From: a virus
DNA length: 64,000 bases
Strand: one strand, 5' to 3'
Virus record (IMG/VR): IMGVR_UViG_3300020411_004289
Location: 42,088 to 106,087 of that record
The translations under genes and the position numbers were made by a program. The stretch's first letter is position 1, and the number at the start of each line of letters is the position of its first letter. Shown here one piece after another: positions 10,910 to 21,315 of the stretch. The notes under the pieces are model-generated. The model did no database searches. It was given only the letters and a program-made list of their open reading frames with translations, and had not been told where the DNA came from.

Positions 10910-11922
10910 TGGCAACAATTACTGTAAAGAAAGATGGCACAGGCGACTATACATCACTAACTTCAGCATTCGCAGCTGCTAATACATACGACGTTATAGA
11001 AATACAAGATAGCGGAACTTATTATGAAGGCAACCTCTCGAGAATTGTTTCTCATCTCACCATACGTGCTGGAACTGATGCTAATGGAAATAAATACACA
11101 CCTACACTGAACGGTGGGGGAACAACTGATTGCGCAATAAAGTTTTACAACAACTGGGTTATAGATGGGTTGACGATTACCGATTATGATGGAACAGCAA
11201 CTTACGGTGCAGGTCTAGTTTCTGTATCAGGGAATCGGGTTGTCACAATAAAAAACTGTACGATTCACAACTTGGACGATACAGCCATATCAGGCTTGAA
11301 AAACTTTAGTACAGTTGAGAATTGTATTATATACGATATTCGAGGGTCAGCAGCAAGAGGTATAGACTCGGGTACTCAATCTGCGACAATTAACAATTGT
11401 TTAGTATACGATGTCGAGCATGATGGAATTCAGTCGACACCTTCAGCAACAGTTATTGAACACTGTACGCTGCACAACGTCGGGTATGGCGGCGGAACTG
11501 GCGGTTATGGAATTGCCGCAACATTAGGCTCAGTAAAGTTTTGCATTGTATCTGATCCAAACCATAATATCAACAGCGCCGGTATCAGAGCAGCTATTCA
11601 TATCTATAATTGTGTCTCAGGCAGCGAAGGCGCCACCAACGGAAATTATTATGGCGGCGCAGGCACAGGAGATATTGAAGTAAACCCAATGTTAGTCACA
11701 GGATCTTTTATGCCAAGCAGCCTATCCCCGTGTCTAGGCGCCGCAGTTGGTTCAACTAGAACCAGTGATATCACAGGTGATTCAGTTACATGGCAATACA
11801 CGCATAAAGTAAACGGTGTAAGTGCTTCAGCAACGCCGAACGACATGGGTGCATACGAATATTCATATGCATCAGTCGCAGGTATTAATACTAATAAAAT
11901 TGAAAAGATTTCGGGTGTTTAA
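10909..11922 (+). CDS. Right-handed parallel beta-helix (pectin-lyase fold) protein, possible tailspike/depolymerase
   Basis: Likely start ATG 10909 (TAATG overlap). ITVKKDGTGDYTSL...DVIEI..GTYYE is pectinesterase-like. Coils IKNCTIHN/VENCIIYD/INNCLVYD/IEHCTLHN. C-terminal SPC...DMGAYEY. Confidence 0.7.
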   Translation: MATITVKKDGTGDYTSLTSAFAAANTYDVIEIQDSGTYYEGNLSRIVSHLTIRAGTDANGNKYTPTLNGGGTTDCAIKFYNNWVIDGLTITDYDGTATYGAGLVSVSGNRVVTIKNCTIHNLDDTAISGLKNFSTVENCIIYDIRGSAARGIDSGTQSATINNCLVYDVEHDGIQSTPSATVIEHCTLHNVGYGGGTGGYGIAATLGSVKFCIVSDPNHNINSAGIRAAIHIYNCVSGSEGATNGNYYGGAGTGDIEVNPMLVTGSFMPSSLSPCLGAAVGSTRTSDITGDSVTWQYTHKVNGVSASATPNDMGAYEYSYASVAGINTNKIEKISGV

Positions 11923-12000
11923 TGTTTGTCGCTAGAGAGATATATCAAAGCTTCACGAATAAAAGTCAAGAACTATACCATCGTCAGGCAGTAAGGGCAA

Positions 12001-12007
12001 ATAGTTA
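12001..12007 (+). promoter_or_regulatory. Putative late promoter motif (ATAGTTA)
   Basis: Matches the recurring intergenic ATAN(T/G)TA motif. Lies 5 nt before ATG 12013. Confidence 0.5.
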
Positions 12008-12012
12008 AAACC

Positions 12013-12966
12013 ATGGCTGGTATTCTAGACAACAAAGAAAGAATGATTGATTTCATAATGACTGAAGAAGGCAAGCGCCAGGCTGCCAGTGGTCAAATGA
12101 AAATAGAGTATGCTGCTTTTACTGACATGCATACTTTTTATGCAGCTTCTGGCACTCTAATGCCCAACATTGCTGAAGATGCCTCTGGTAGAATATTTTT
12201 TGAGGCTACAAATCGATTTCAAGATGTAATAGTTCCCGAACTGGAAGCAGGCATGTCGCTGCGACCGTTTAGGACAGCAGACTTTGACTTTGACGGAAAA
12301 GTAATAGCATCCGGTACGTTTAGGGTCGGTTATGAGAAAAAGGCAAATATCATAACCGGTTCAAAAATAACAAATATTTCTGACAGAAGCTTAAGTGGCA
12401 TTACTAGCAATTTTAATGATCTAAGGGTGTTGGGAACTAAAGATCCTTTTGCTACGACCTCCGGATTTGAAACTTCTATCACAACGGGTAGTTTTTATTT
12501 TTGGGACAAGATGCCGATGGGAAGATCATATGATGGATCACCAACTGCACTAGAAGATTGCGAAAGTCTTTTCGCAGATAGACGATTTTCACATTTTTCT
12601 AATTTCTCTTATTTGCCGCCTGTTAACAAACCATCAGAAGGCGCACCAAATGGAAAACCTTTGGGCATGTATCCAAAACTAAACGAAACTCCGATAATGA
12701 CATTTCAAGACTTGGAAAAGTCTTTAAAAGAAAAGCAAAAAGTAGAGATTGATTTTACTGATACATCTAGAGAAAATAATCTAATAGGGCAGATATTCGA
12801 ATATGATAGTACAGGAATAGACAAGCTCTCTATTATTGACTTTGGAGAGTTTGATGATGACGATCCTTTTAGTCGCGGCAAAAGAGTCTTTTTTGTTGGA
12901 AAAATTCTTAGAGATGCCAACGGCGCAGAAACGTTTATGAATATATTCACAGTGGTATTTGACTAA
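12013..12966 (+). CDS. Baseplate/fibre-attachment-like protein, paralog of 21316
   Basis: N-terminus GILDNKERMIDFIMTEEGKRQAA..MKIEYAAFTD aligns with GFLDHSTNNIIIDAVLTDTGRKMLA..FKIAFFSLSD. Confidence 0.5.
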   Translation: MAGILDNKERMIDFIMTEEGKRQAASGQMKIEYAAFTDMHTFYAASGTLMPNIAEDASGRIFFEATNRFQDVIVPELEAGMSLRPFRTADFDFDGKVIASGTFRVGYEKKANIITGSKITNISDRSLSGITSNFNDLRVLGTKDPFATTSGFETSITTGSFYFWDKMPMGRSYDGSPTALEDCESLFADRRFSHFSNFSYLPPVNKPSEGAPNGKPLGMYPKLNETPIMTFQDLEKSLKEKQKVEIDFTDTSRENNLIGQIFEYDSTGIDKLSIIDFGEFDDDDPFSRGKRVFFVGKILRDANGAETFMNIFTVVFD

Positions 12967-15818
12967 TGGCTAGATATGAACCAAGACAAGAACACGCGGT
13001 CGCCTTTAAAGACATTGCTGCATTTACAGAAGGCTCGTCTAATTTAGAGCTAATTGACATTATTAATGATGCGTCTAAAGAAAAGATATCTGACAACTAT
13101 ATTAATGCGCCAGGGGCTTATGTTTATGAGCTTGACATAACAGTTGATCAACAGAAGGTAATTGATCATGAAGTGCTAGGGTTTAAAGTTGAAATATTCT
13201 CAAAAAATCCTAACATAAGATTTAATGAAGATTACTCAGTATCAAGAGCTACAATGGCTAAAGAGCGAAAAAATAGGCTGAGGGAGTTTATAGAGACTAG
13301 ACAGCCTGACCCAGTTTTAGAGTTTGATATTGATCTAAATGTGCCATTGCCTCCACAAAACTTTAATTTTACCACAGCAGCATTAAAAGCTGTGCCAAAA
13401 ATATTGCCTGTTTTTCTTAATAGTGAACCTCAAACTAGTGGTAAAATGGTCACAGCCCCTATTGTAGCAATGCCCATAATCACGCCAGCCCTAGGAATTA
13501 AAGCAACACCTAAAAGCTCACCTAGCACAAATCTAATAAAAGGAAATACATTTGCAAATATTGCTAAGCTAAGCATTACACACGACAAAAAAGATCCGAT
13601 ATCATTGATGGCAACACCCAAGCCATTTTACCCGACACTTGCAGCTAAAACTAGTTTTGCATCTATCGATGTCTTTTCTCCACCCCCAAAAGATTATAGT
13701 CAAATTGAGCGAATTTCTTTGGACAATATATACACACGAAGATCGCTTATAGAAGAAAGACAGGCACTAAAACCACAACAAGAAGATGAAAGTAAAGGTG
13801 CATACAAACTGGCAAATATTGTCAGTAACAATACATTCTTAAAGCGTGAAATAACTTTAGGCCACAAAGCAGAGATAAAAACGACAGCGTTTACAGTTAA
13901 AAGAGAAATAGAGATTCCAAAGTTAGACTTAGGTATGAGATCTAGCTTTTATGTAAGCATTACACCTATCTTAAGAGAGAGTAACGCTATTGTAAGAGTA
14001 ATTAAGACACCAAAAAGTCATACTTTTTCTGTTTCTCATAGGCGTCAAGTCGAAGATATAATGCTTCCTGTTTATCCTCCAGAAATAAGTTTGGTAATGA
14101 ACAAGCGAGGAATAGTTGTATTAAAAATAAAACAGGCAGACCCTTCTGCTACATTAATAGATGTTTTTCGAAAAGTAGTGTCACCCAGAAAAGATGGAAT
14201 ATCTTCTTCTAGAGCCATAGCTTCAATAGAGTCAGAAGCATCGAGTCCTTCTCAAATTGTGTCTGATTTTGATTCAGAGAATATTTTCCCAAACTCAGTA
14301 ATATATCGAGCAACGACTAGGTCTCCTATAGGGTTAGATGGTCCATCTTCTTCTCTAGTTATTGATAGTCATCATAACATAAATGCTCCGACAGCAAAAG
14401 AAGACCCAAATGCATTATCAATAATTGCTGTTAACGAAAATGAACATATAAAAATAGATGTTGAAAGAATTCCACAAAATATCTTGGGATTAAAGCTTTT
14501 AAGAGAAGAAATTGATGAGAGTGGATCACTTTCTAAAAGAGTAACCACAGTTCCAATGTCAAATGGTAAAACTCTATATGATACTAAAAGAGGCATAAAA
14601 AAGCTAACCTATTTTGACAAAACAACAGATCTCAATAAGCGATATCGATATTTTTGCACGTTTAGGCCGCGCCTTGGAAATGAGTATCTTTCAGAAGAAG
14701 ATGAGCATATTATTAGAAAAATGCCTACCAAACCTCTTCCTGTAGAAGTTTCTATACAAAATCAACAGATTACTACCGACGACTCCGGACAGTTTATTAT
14801 GTCTATAGATTTGATTAGTATTCCTAAGGCAGAAGGGGTTGATTTTCTCTTGACATTACTAGAGCGCGCCGGCGTAAGCCAAGCATTTATATCATCAATT
14901 AAAGACCAAAGGGCAGAACTATCTCAGTTGGCTGCTTTTATTGTCGAAAGAGTTAATAGAAACACAGGGAAAAGAGTTTCTTTTGGTCAGGTAGGTCCTG
15001 GAACTTTTTCAGACGATCCAGAAACCAGAGAAAGGTTAGGTATCCCGGCGCCGTCCAGCAACAATAGATACACTTACTTTTTTAAGCTCTGCATGCGGCC
15101 ACCGCAAGCTTTCCTAAAGTCTTTGCTTACAAGTTTTCCTTCAGGTAAAATACCGGGTGTAGATGACACTACAGCATTGGCAAAAAAATTCCTAGGTGCA
15201 TTTGCTGCACAAACAGGTGCATTATATTCAGACAAGGAAATGTCAGACTTTTCTGTAGGCGATAACTTTAGAGCAGGGGAAACCGGTATAACACTGCATA
15301 CTGATATTCAAACCCCTAAACCTTTACCAAAACCTGTCGGTCTTAGAATTGCTAGAAGGTCTCGAAAGCGTGGCATTTTATTAAAGTGGGAATCTGATAC
15401 TAATGATATTCGACAAGTTGATCATGTTCTTGTGTTTGTTCTGATGCAGGATGGAACTGAGATTTTGTTGGGAACTAGGCCAGGCTCTTATTCCGGCGGC
15501 TGGTATTTTAAAGATACAAAGTATGCACCCCAAGTAGGAAAAAAGAAATACTATGTAAAGTTTGTATATAACGATCTCACAGTTTCAGCTCCCAGTAATT
15601 CAGTCGTTTTTGAAATATTTGCCTCTCTTCCGCCTGCTTTTTTTAATTTTAAATTTAAGCCAAGTATTTTAGGGGTAGTAAATCCAACCGCTAAAAAACA
15701 AGATCAGTTAAAAATGCCAGCGACCGGCTTAAAGCTTAAATTGCCTGATTTGTCTAAAAAAGTTAATGCATCCGGCTGGAACATAAACCCAGGCAAGTTT
15801 AAAAAGAAGCTTTATTAA
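12966..15818 (+). CDS. Large hypothetical protein with Ig/FnIII-like beta segments
   Basis: 950 aa, coupled by TAATG. ILLKWESD...KYYVKFVY..SAPSN and YFDKT.DLNKRYRY are FnIII-like. Confidence 0.45.
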   Translation: MARYEPRQEHAVAFKDIAAFTEGSSNLELIDIINDASKEKISDNYINAPGAYVYELDITVDQQKVIDHEVLGFKVEIFSKNPNIRFNEDYSVSRATMAKERKNRLREFIETRQPDPVLEFDIDLNVPLPPQNFNFTTAALKAVPKILPVFLNSEPQTSGKMVTAPIVAMPIITPALGIKATPKSSPSTNLIKGNTFANIAKLSITHDKKDPISLMATPKPFYPTLAAKTSFASIDVFSPPPKDYSQIERISLDNIYTRRSLIEERQALKPQQEDESKGAYKLANIVSNNTFLKREITLGHKAEIKTTAFTVKREIEIPKLDLGMRSSFYVSITPILRESNAIVRVIKTPKSHTFSVSHRRQVEDIMLPVYPPEISLVMNKRGIVVLKIKQADPSATLIDVFRKVVSPRKDGISSSRAIASIESEASSPSQIVSDFDSENIFPNSVIYRATTRSPIGLDGPSSSLVIDSHHNINAPTAKEDPNALSIIAVNENEHIKIDVERIPQNILGLKLLREEIDESGSLSKRVTTVPMSNGKTLYDTKRGIKKLTYFDKTTDLNKRYRYFCTFRPRLGNEYLSEEDEHIIRKMPTKPLPVEVSIQNQQITTDDSGQFIMSIDLISIPKAEGVDFLLTLLERAGVSQAFISSIKDQRAELSQLAAFIVERVNRNTGKRVSFGQVGPGTFSDDPETRERLGIPAPSSNNRYTYFFKLCMRPPQAFLKSLLTSFPSGKIPGVDDTTALAKKFLGAFAAQTGALYSDKEMSDFSVGDNFRAGETGITLHTDIQTPKPLPKPVGLRIARRSRKRGILLKWESDTNDIRQVDHVLVFVLMQDGTEILLGTRPGSYSGGWYFKDTKYAPQVGKKKYYVKFVYNDLTVSAPSNSVVFEIFASLPPAFFNFKFKPSILGVVNPTAKKQDQLKMPATGLKLKLPDLSKKVNASGWNINPGKFKKKLY

Positions 15819-15833
15819 AGGTGTAGAACTAAC

Positions 15834-18800
15834 ATGGGAATTAAGACAGCAAAAGAAAAATTATTAACATTTGCAACTCAGTTTGATCCTGATATTGTAG
15901 GTGTTGGAAAGACACCACCGGTGGTTGAAGCACCAGAACCAGAAGGCGACCTTCTATTGAGTGCTGTACCTACTAATAAAAATAATGCTGCAGCTCTAAC
16001 TCTAGAAAAAGGTACTTTACAGAATCTAAAAATAGAGAAGAAAAGAGTGGTACCTTTTGTAACTTCACATGTGTTTAATCATGATGTAAGCGGCTTATTA
16101 GATATGCTCACCGCTCGACAACTCGAAAAGCAACTAGACGATATTTTACTGGAGTCGTTGTATGAAGCGGCAAAAATAGATGAAAATGATGCAGCATTTA
16201 TAGTAGAAACTCTAGAAAATATCGACAGTGATTTAGAGACGATGGATACACTGCTAGCAGCCTTAAAAAGCATGCAAGATGCAATTAGCGATGCTGACAG
16301 TGCATTTGACAAAGAAGTTCAAGTTGAGAATATTACAGAAGAATTTAATAAAAGTTTACAAGAGGCAAAATTAGATGAAACAACCTACGATGCTGATTCG
16401 TCTGAAGGAGACTTTTTAGCAACGCTCGCCGATTTAACAGCATTATCACCAGAGGCACTATCTGAAATGACATTGACCGGTTGCTTTATACAAGCGCTGG
16501 CAGATGCTGAGTGGTCTCTTCGAGCAGGAGTCAGCCCTACTTTTTTCTTGCAAAAAGGAGAAAGAAACCTGGCAGCCAATGCTAAACCCCCTAGAGGTTT
16601 CTCTCGCCCGGGTCCAGCTGTTAAATCAGGTGTGGGAAAAACTATAAAAACACTGGAAGGGATCGGTATTGGAGATGATTCGACATATGATGGAATCTTT
16701 AATACAACTGCTGTTGCAAAACCACCAAAATATAGCAGCCTAGACCCTTTTAAGAGAGTTGCGTATTTGTGTTCACTTCTCTCTAGGGAGTATTTGCTTT
16801 CTGCAGGCCTAGGCAGTCAAATAGGGACTGAAGCAGGACAGGCATTCGGCGCATCTTCAGATCCAATGGCAAAGATTTTTGGGACTTCTAATATATCACA
16901 TGTAAAAAATGATCAATCAGTCTCAGACTCTTTGTCAGACTTTGCTGTTGTAGGCGAAGATGCCAGCATAAAAAGAAAGTCTTCATCTAAAAGAGTAATG
17001 ATGCTAGAAGCTTCATGGAATGAAAATACAAATCCGGATCTCTGGACAACAGCAAAAAAAGAGTGGCTAGACAGTGTTAAAGAAGATCCACTTAAAAATA
17101 AGGCAGACTTATTTGATCAAGTTATAACTCAAGCGACAAATCGGTTTGTAGATGCAGAGGCTTTTCTTAACAGTATTTTAGCAAAAGATAGTGAGCTAAG
17201 CTTGCTAACGCCTACTGGGCTTTTTTCTAGAGTTATTAAAGATTTTGCGACACTAATGCAAGGGTTGACTGTAGAGGCTGCGGAGGACGTGAGGCTAAAA
17301 AATGCATGTGAGCTAATGCTTCTTTCTGAGTCAGCAGCTTCTGGTACATATGGATTTAAGCTTAAGAGAAGAATGCTGATATTTGCTGCTAGACTAGCTA
17401 ACCTAAAAAAGAAAGGTTTAAGTGAGGAAGAACGAGATAATTTTGTACGCCTTACTGCTAGAGAGTTTTCAAATAAGTTTGAATCTGATATAACTGAGCT
17501 TAAAACGGATAAGGATCAAGTAGCATTTAACTTGATGTCAATTTGGGCCGGCCGAACATTCAAAATTCTAGAAAATGATGTGAGGATACAAGGTCAACAG
17601 ATAATAGATGCTGTTGTAGATAATGAAGAATCTGACGGACTAAACTCTCTTATTGTCGGGATATATGAAGATCTTCAAAAAGAAGCAATGGTCGTAGCCA
17701 AAGCAAATGACGAGTCCAAGTCATTTATGAGAGAAGGAAATACTACAAGGTATTCAGGTTTTGACGGTGCTATAACATTGTCTTTCATCTATGAATGTTT
17801 TGCCTTGCTAGCTTCAAACTTTACAACAGCTGACATAGAATTACAAGGTATGGCAAAGGTACATCTGATGTCATACGATCCACCACCGACAACTGGAGCT
17901 ATACGAGGCGAAGATAAAGATAAGCTAAAAAAAGCTACGAAAGAATTCATGAGACAAGAACAAAGTGTCAGATTTAATGGAGGGACACCAGACAGTTTAG
18001 TAAATAAGACAAGAAGGTTTTTACTAGAAATTGCTACTGCACTAGATACAGGTGATTTTTCTAATCTTTTAGACTCAAGCGGAGATGTGATTGCTGTTGA
18101 AGGCCTAAATGAATCTTCTGATTTAGGGAAAAATATATTTGTCTCCCAGGTAATTGATACATGCTTAGATCTTTCAAAAGATGGAGATATACCAACTAAG
18201 CTTTTTATTATTGCCAAGTCCATGATTAGTAACCTAAGAAATACAACAAAAGCATTGTGTCAAAGAGGAGCTGCACTTAAAGGAAATACACAAAACATTC
18301 CAGATGATATTGCCGTTTTAAAAATCTTGGGAGAAACTAAACTAGGAAAAGACTTTATCGAAGGCTTGACGCCCTCTCAGCTGAAGTATGCAAATAAAAG
18401 ATCTGCTATTCTTGCTGAATCTAAAGATGCGCCGTATATACTTGATAGCAAGCCGAGCGCACTTTTCAAAGCTATAAAAATGCTTTTTGAAAAAAAGAAA
18501 GGCGAGTTCAGCCATTCAGCTGTTTTATTTTTAGGCCTTCCGGCTGGTTCTTTGTCTGAAGAGCTCTCTTCTTCTGGCAGAAGCGAGGAAAACGCAAGAC
18601 TGAGTTTAAAAGTAGATAAGGTTGACGAATTAATAGGGTTACCTGACTATGAAGAGCAAGATTACAAGTTCTCTTTAAAGTACAGTATTACATCTCAAAG
18701 CATTGTTGATGCATTTGATGCTGAGGTAGCCCCTACGACTTTTGATGCGCTAATAACACTTTTAAATTATGACGCAGTAGGAGAAGATGAGCCGATCCTG

Positions 18801-19475
18801 GGAAGTGATATATTGTCTTCTGTGAATAACAAATCCGCGATGTTAAAAATGCTTAGTAACGAAGTTGAGTCTTTTTTACTAAAACAAACATTTGAAATTC
18901 TAGAAGGTTTCTCACTTTTTGAAGAAAAGATTCAATTCAACAATCTTTCTTCTAGAGGGGTTCCGGCAAAGGCTTTGACAGAAACTTTAGTAAAATCAAT
19001 GAACCTAGATGAAAATGTGCCCTTGTTTTTCTTTGAGCCTGTCAAGTCTTCTGATTTAAGTAATTCAAAAAAAGATCCTGTGCAAGGATGGCGTCTGCCA
19101 GGTGAAGAAAGAATATCAAAAATGATCCAACCTCAAACTCTGATTGTAAGCGGTATTGATGCTTGGAAAAAACCAATATCGACACCAACGCAAATAGATA
19201 CAATATTTGATCTGTTTACGACAAAACCATTTTATGTAGACAGAGTCAGAGAAACCATTCTAACTAGATCAATTTTTGACAAAGTATATGCTATCATGAT
19301 TGATCTAGACAGTTTTAATTTTGACAAAGACTTTAACAACACACTGCTTAAACAAAATGATCTCGGTATGGGTATCACTTTAAAAGATGCTGATGCATAT
19401 ATAAAAAATTCACTGTCTCCCGATCGTTTAAAAATTGAATCACTGTACATAACAGCAGAAATAGAAGGTGACTAA
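15834..19475 (+). CDS. Large acidic, mostly helical hypothetical protein
   Basis: 1213-aa ORF with an SD-like AAGGTG upstream. No family recognised. Confidence 0.5.
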   Translation: MGIKTAKEKLLTFATQFDPDIVGVGKTPPVVEAPEPEGDLLLSAVPTNKNNAAALTLEKGTLQNLKIEKKRVVPFVTSHVFNHDVSGLLDMLTARQLEKQLDDILLESLYEAAKIDENDAAFIVETLENIDSDLETMDTLLAALKSMQDAISDADSAFDKEVQVENITEEFNKSLQEAKLDETTYDADSSEGDFLATLADLTALSPEALSEMTLTGCFIQALADAEWSLRAGVSPTFFLQKGERNLAANAKPPRGFSRPGPAVKSGVGKTIKTLEGIGIGDDSTYDGIFNTTAVAKPPKYSSLDPFKRVAYLCSLLSREYLLSAGLGSQIGTEAGQAFGASSDPMAKIFGTSNISHVKNDQSVSDSLSDFAVVGEDASIKRKSSSKRVMMLEASWNENTNPDLWTTAKKEWLDSVKEDPLKNKADLFDQVITQATNRFVDAEAFLNSILAKDSELSLLTPTGLFSRVIKDFATLMQGLTVEAAEDVRLKNACELMLLSESAASGTYGFKLKRRMLIFAARLANLKKKGLSEEERDNFVRLTAREFSNKFESDITELKTDKDQVAFNLMSIWAGRTFKILENDVRIQGQQIIDAVVDNEESDGLNSLIVGIYEDLQKEAMVVAKANDESKSFMREGNTTRYSGFDGAITLSFIYECFALLASNFTTADIELQGMAKVHLMSYDPPPTTGAIRGEDKDKLKKATKEFMRQEQSVRFNGGTPDSLVNKTRRFLLEIATALDTGDFSNLLDSSGDVIAVEGLNESSDLGKNIFVSQVIDTCLDLSKDGDIPTKLFIIAKSMISNLRNTTKALCQRGAALKGNTQNIPDDIAVLKILGETKLGKDFIEGLTPSQLKYANKRSAILAESKDAPYILDSKPSALFKAIKMLFEKKKGEFSHSAVLFLGLPAGSLSEELSSSGRSEENARLSLKVDKVDELIGLPDYEEQDYKFSLKYSITSQSIVDAFDAEVAPTTFDALITLLNYDAVGEDEPILGSDILSSVNNKSAMLKMLSNEVESFLLKQTFEILEGFSLFEEKIQFNNLSSRGVPAKALTETLVKSMNLDENVPLFFFEPVKSSDLSNSKKDPVQGWRLPGEERISKMIQPQTLIVSGIDAWKKPISTPTQIDTIFDLFTTKPFYVDRVRETILTRSIFDKVYAIMIDLDSFNFDKDFNNTLLKQNDLGMGITLKDADAYIKNSLSPDRLKIESLYITAEIEGD

Positions 19476-21262
19476 TGGCGTTATTAGATAGCAGATATAT
19501 TGGAATGGTAGACATTCCTGAGTCTAGAGAAATAACTGCACGTTTTGTATATAACTTTTTTGAACCTGACGAAAGAACCGATCGTTCCGGAAAACCCAGG
19601 TTTCATGGAATAAAAAATAATCAAACACAAAAACTAATAGACACTAGAATCATGGAGACTCGTTTACCAAGATTCATAGAGATTAACTTTGATCCTGTGG
19701 ACTGTGGCAGTGCAAACATAAATGATCTAGGCGATCAGCCGTCAGTATTGACAGACCCGGCTGTAAAAGGAAAAACATGTAATGAGGAAAGCCTTACGAC
19801 GTCAAGAGATACTTTGTACAGATATACAGACGGTTCTTTAAGAAAAAGACTGACTGACAAGGCGCGACAGGTTGCAAATATGCTAGGCGCAGAAAGCAGC
19901 AATGTTCGAGAGCAAATAAATGTGATTAAAGAAAAGAACGATGAAATTTCTGCAAACCACTTAGAGTCTATTTTAAGTCCTGAAAATACCCCGGGTGTGG
20001 AGTATGTAAATGATGTGGGAGATATCTCAGAACCGAAAGTATTTGAGCTAGCCTCGTCCTTAAAATTAGACTCTTTTTTGGATAGGCGACTGCTGAGATC
20101 TTCCTTGGCGGGAAACTTTACACATGAAAGCGTTCTCAAGACACACAATGCAAAAATTGCTGAAAAAGATGCGATTAGTTTTTTACCAAACTGCCCAAAT
20201 GATTCGGGCAAAGATTCGTTTGAACCTACCTTTGAAGTAATAAGAATGAAAAAAGTAGGAAAACCATCTGATCTCATAAAGACAGTTACTGTAGGTTATA
20301 TCATTGAAAGACATGAAGTAGATGCATTTGGTAACTTTATTGATACAAAAAAGTTTCTACTTGACGGTGCTGGTTCTACAAGCTTTATAGATACACAAAT
20401 AGTATACGGAAGTTCTTATACATACACAGTTAGGACTGTTGCTTTGATAGAGAGCACTATTGAAAAAAGAACAAAAACGTCATCGGGATATAAAAATGCA
20501 TACTATGAAGCATGGAGCTTAGTTTCGTCTAGGCCGTCTAAAAAAGCATTCGTCAAATCAATTGAACATCGCCCACCTCTAGAGCCCGACGGTGTGTTTT
20601 ATCGATACAATTATGATGACGGTAGAGGCTTGGTTATTAGATGGCAAATTCCAGTAGGGAAACAAAGAGACGTAAAATATTTTCAAATATTTCGGAGAAA
20701 AACTATATACGATCCATTTCAGTGCATAGCTGAGATTGACTTTGACGACTCTACAATAAAAACCACTAGAAGAGAAATGGTTGATAGTAGCAATATTTTT
20801 AAGTTCAAGGCTCCTACTACCACATGGATCGACCATGAGTTCAATAGAGACAGTTCTTATATCTATGCAGTCGTAGCTTTGGATGCCCATGGTCTAACTT
20901 CAGGATATAGCGCACAGACACTAGTAACTTTTAACGGACCCAAAAACACGATAGACTTAAAAAATATCTCTAGGCCTGGCGCGCCAAAACAATATCCTAA
21001 CTTTTATATAGACCCAGACTTAGATGATAATATATTTGTCGACAGCCTTACACAGGATGCAATGCTATCCAGTCATAAAAGAAAAATTAAAATTTACTTC
21101 GATCCAGACACAGTAGAATATACTAGTAGCAATGGAAATACCGGAAAAATAGTTAAGACAAAAAATAACGACAAAGGACTATATAAGATACACTTACTAA
21201 ACATCGACAGACAAAAGTCGTCCGTCGTTGAACTAGAGATAGAGAATCTAGGCTCTGCTTAA
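19475..21262 (+). CDS. Fibronectin type III-like repeat structural protein
   Basis: 595 aa. Two FnIII-like units: GYIIER...FIDTQIVYGSSYTYTVRTVA and LVIRWQ...FQIFRR...WIDH...SSYIYAVVALDAHGLTSGYS. Confidence 0.55.
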   Translation: MALLDSRYIGMVDIPESREITARFVYNFFEPDERTDRSGKPRFHGIKNNQTQKLIDTRIMETRLPRFIEINFDPVDCGSANINDLGDQPSVLTDPAVKGKTCNEESLTTSRDTLYRYTDGSLRKRLTDKARQVANMLGAESSNVREQINVIKEKNDEISANHLESILSPENTPGVEYVNDVGDISEPKVFELASSLKLDSFLDRRLLRSSLAGNFTHESVLKTHNAKIAEKDAISFLPNCPNDSGKDSFEPTFEVIRMKKVGKPSDLIKTVTVGYIIERHEVDAFGNFIDTKKFLLDGAGSTSFIDTQIVYGSSYTYTVRTVALIESTIEKRTKTSSGYKNAYYEAWSLVSSRPSKKAFVKSIEHRPPLEPDGVFYRYNYDDGRGLVIRWQIPVGKQRDVKYFQIFRRKTIYDPFQCIAEIDFDDSTIKTTRREMVDSSNIFKFKAPTTTWIDHEFNRDSSYIYAVVALDAHGLTSGYSAQTLVTFNGPKNTIDLKNISRPGAPKQYPNFYIDPDLDDNIFVDSLTQDAMLSSHKRKIKIYFDPDTVEYTSSNGNTGKIVKTKNNDKGLYKIHLLNIDRQKSSVVELEIENLGSA

Positions 21263-21292
21263 AATGCAATTTACGGCGAGCGATGTAAGCGT

Positions 21293-21299
21293 ATATTTA
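21293..21299 (+). promoter_or_regulatory. Putative late promoter motif (ATATTTA)
   Basis: Intergenic. Followed by SD GAGGTG and ATG 21316. Confidence 0.6.
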
Positions 21300-21315
21300 A
21301 CAGCAGAGGTGAGCT

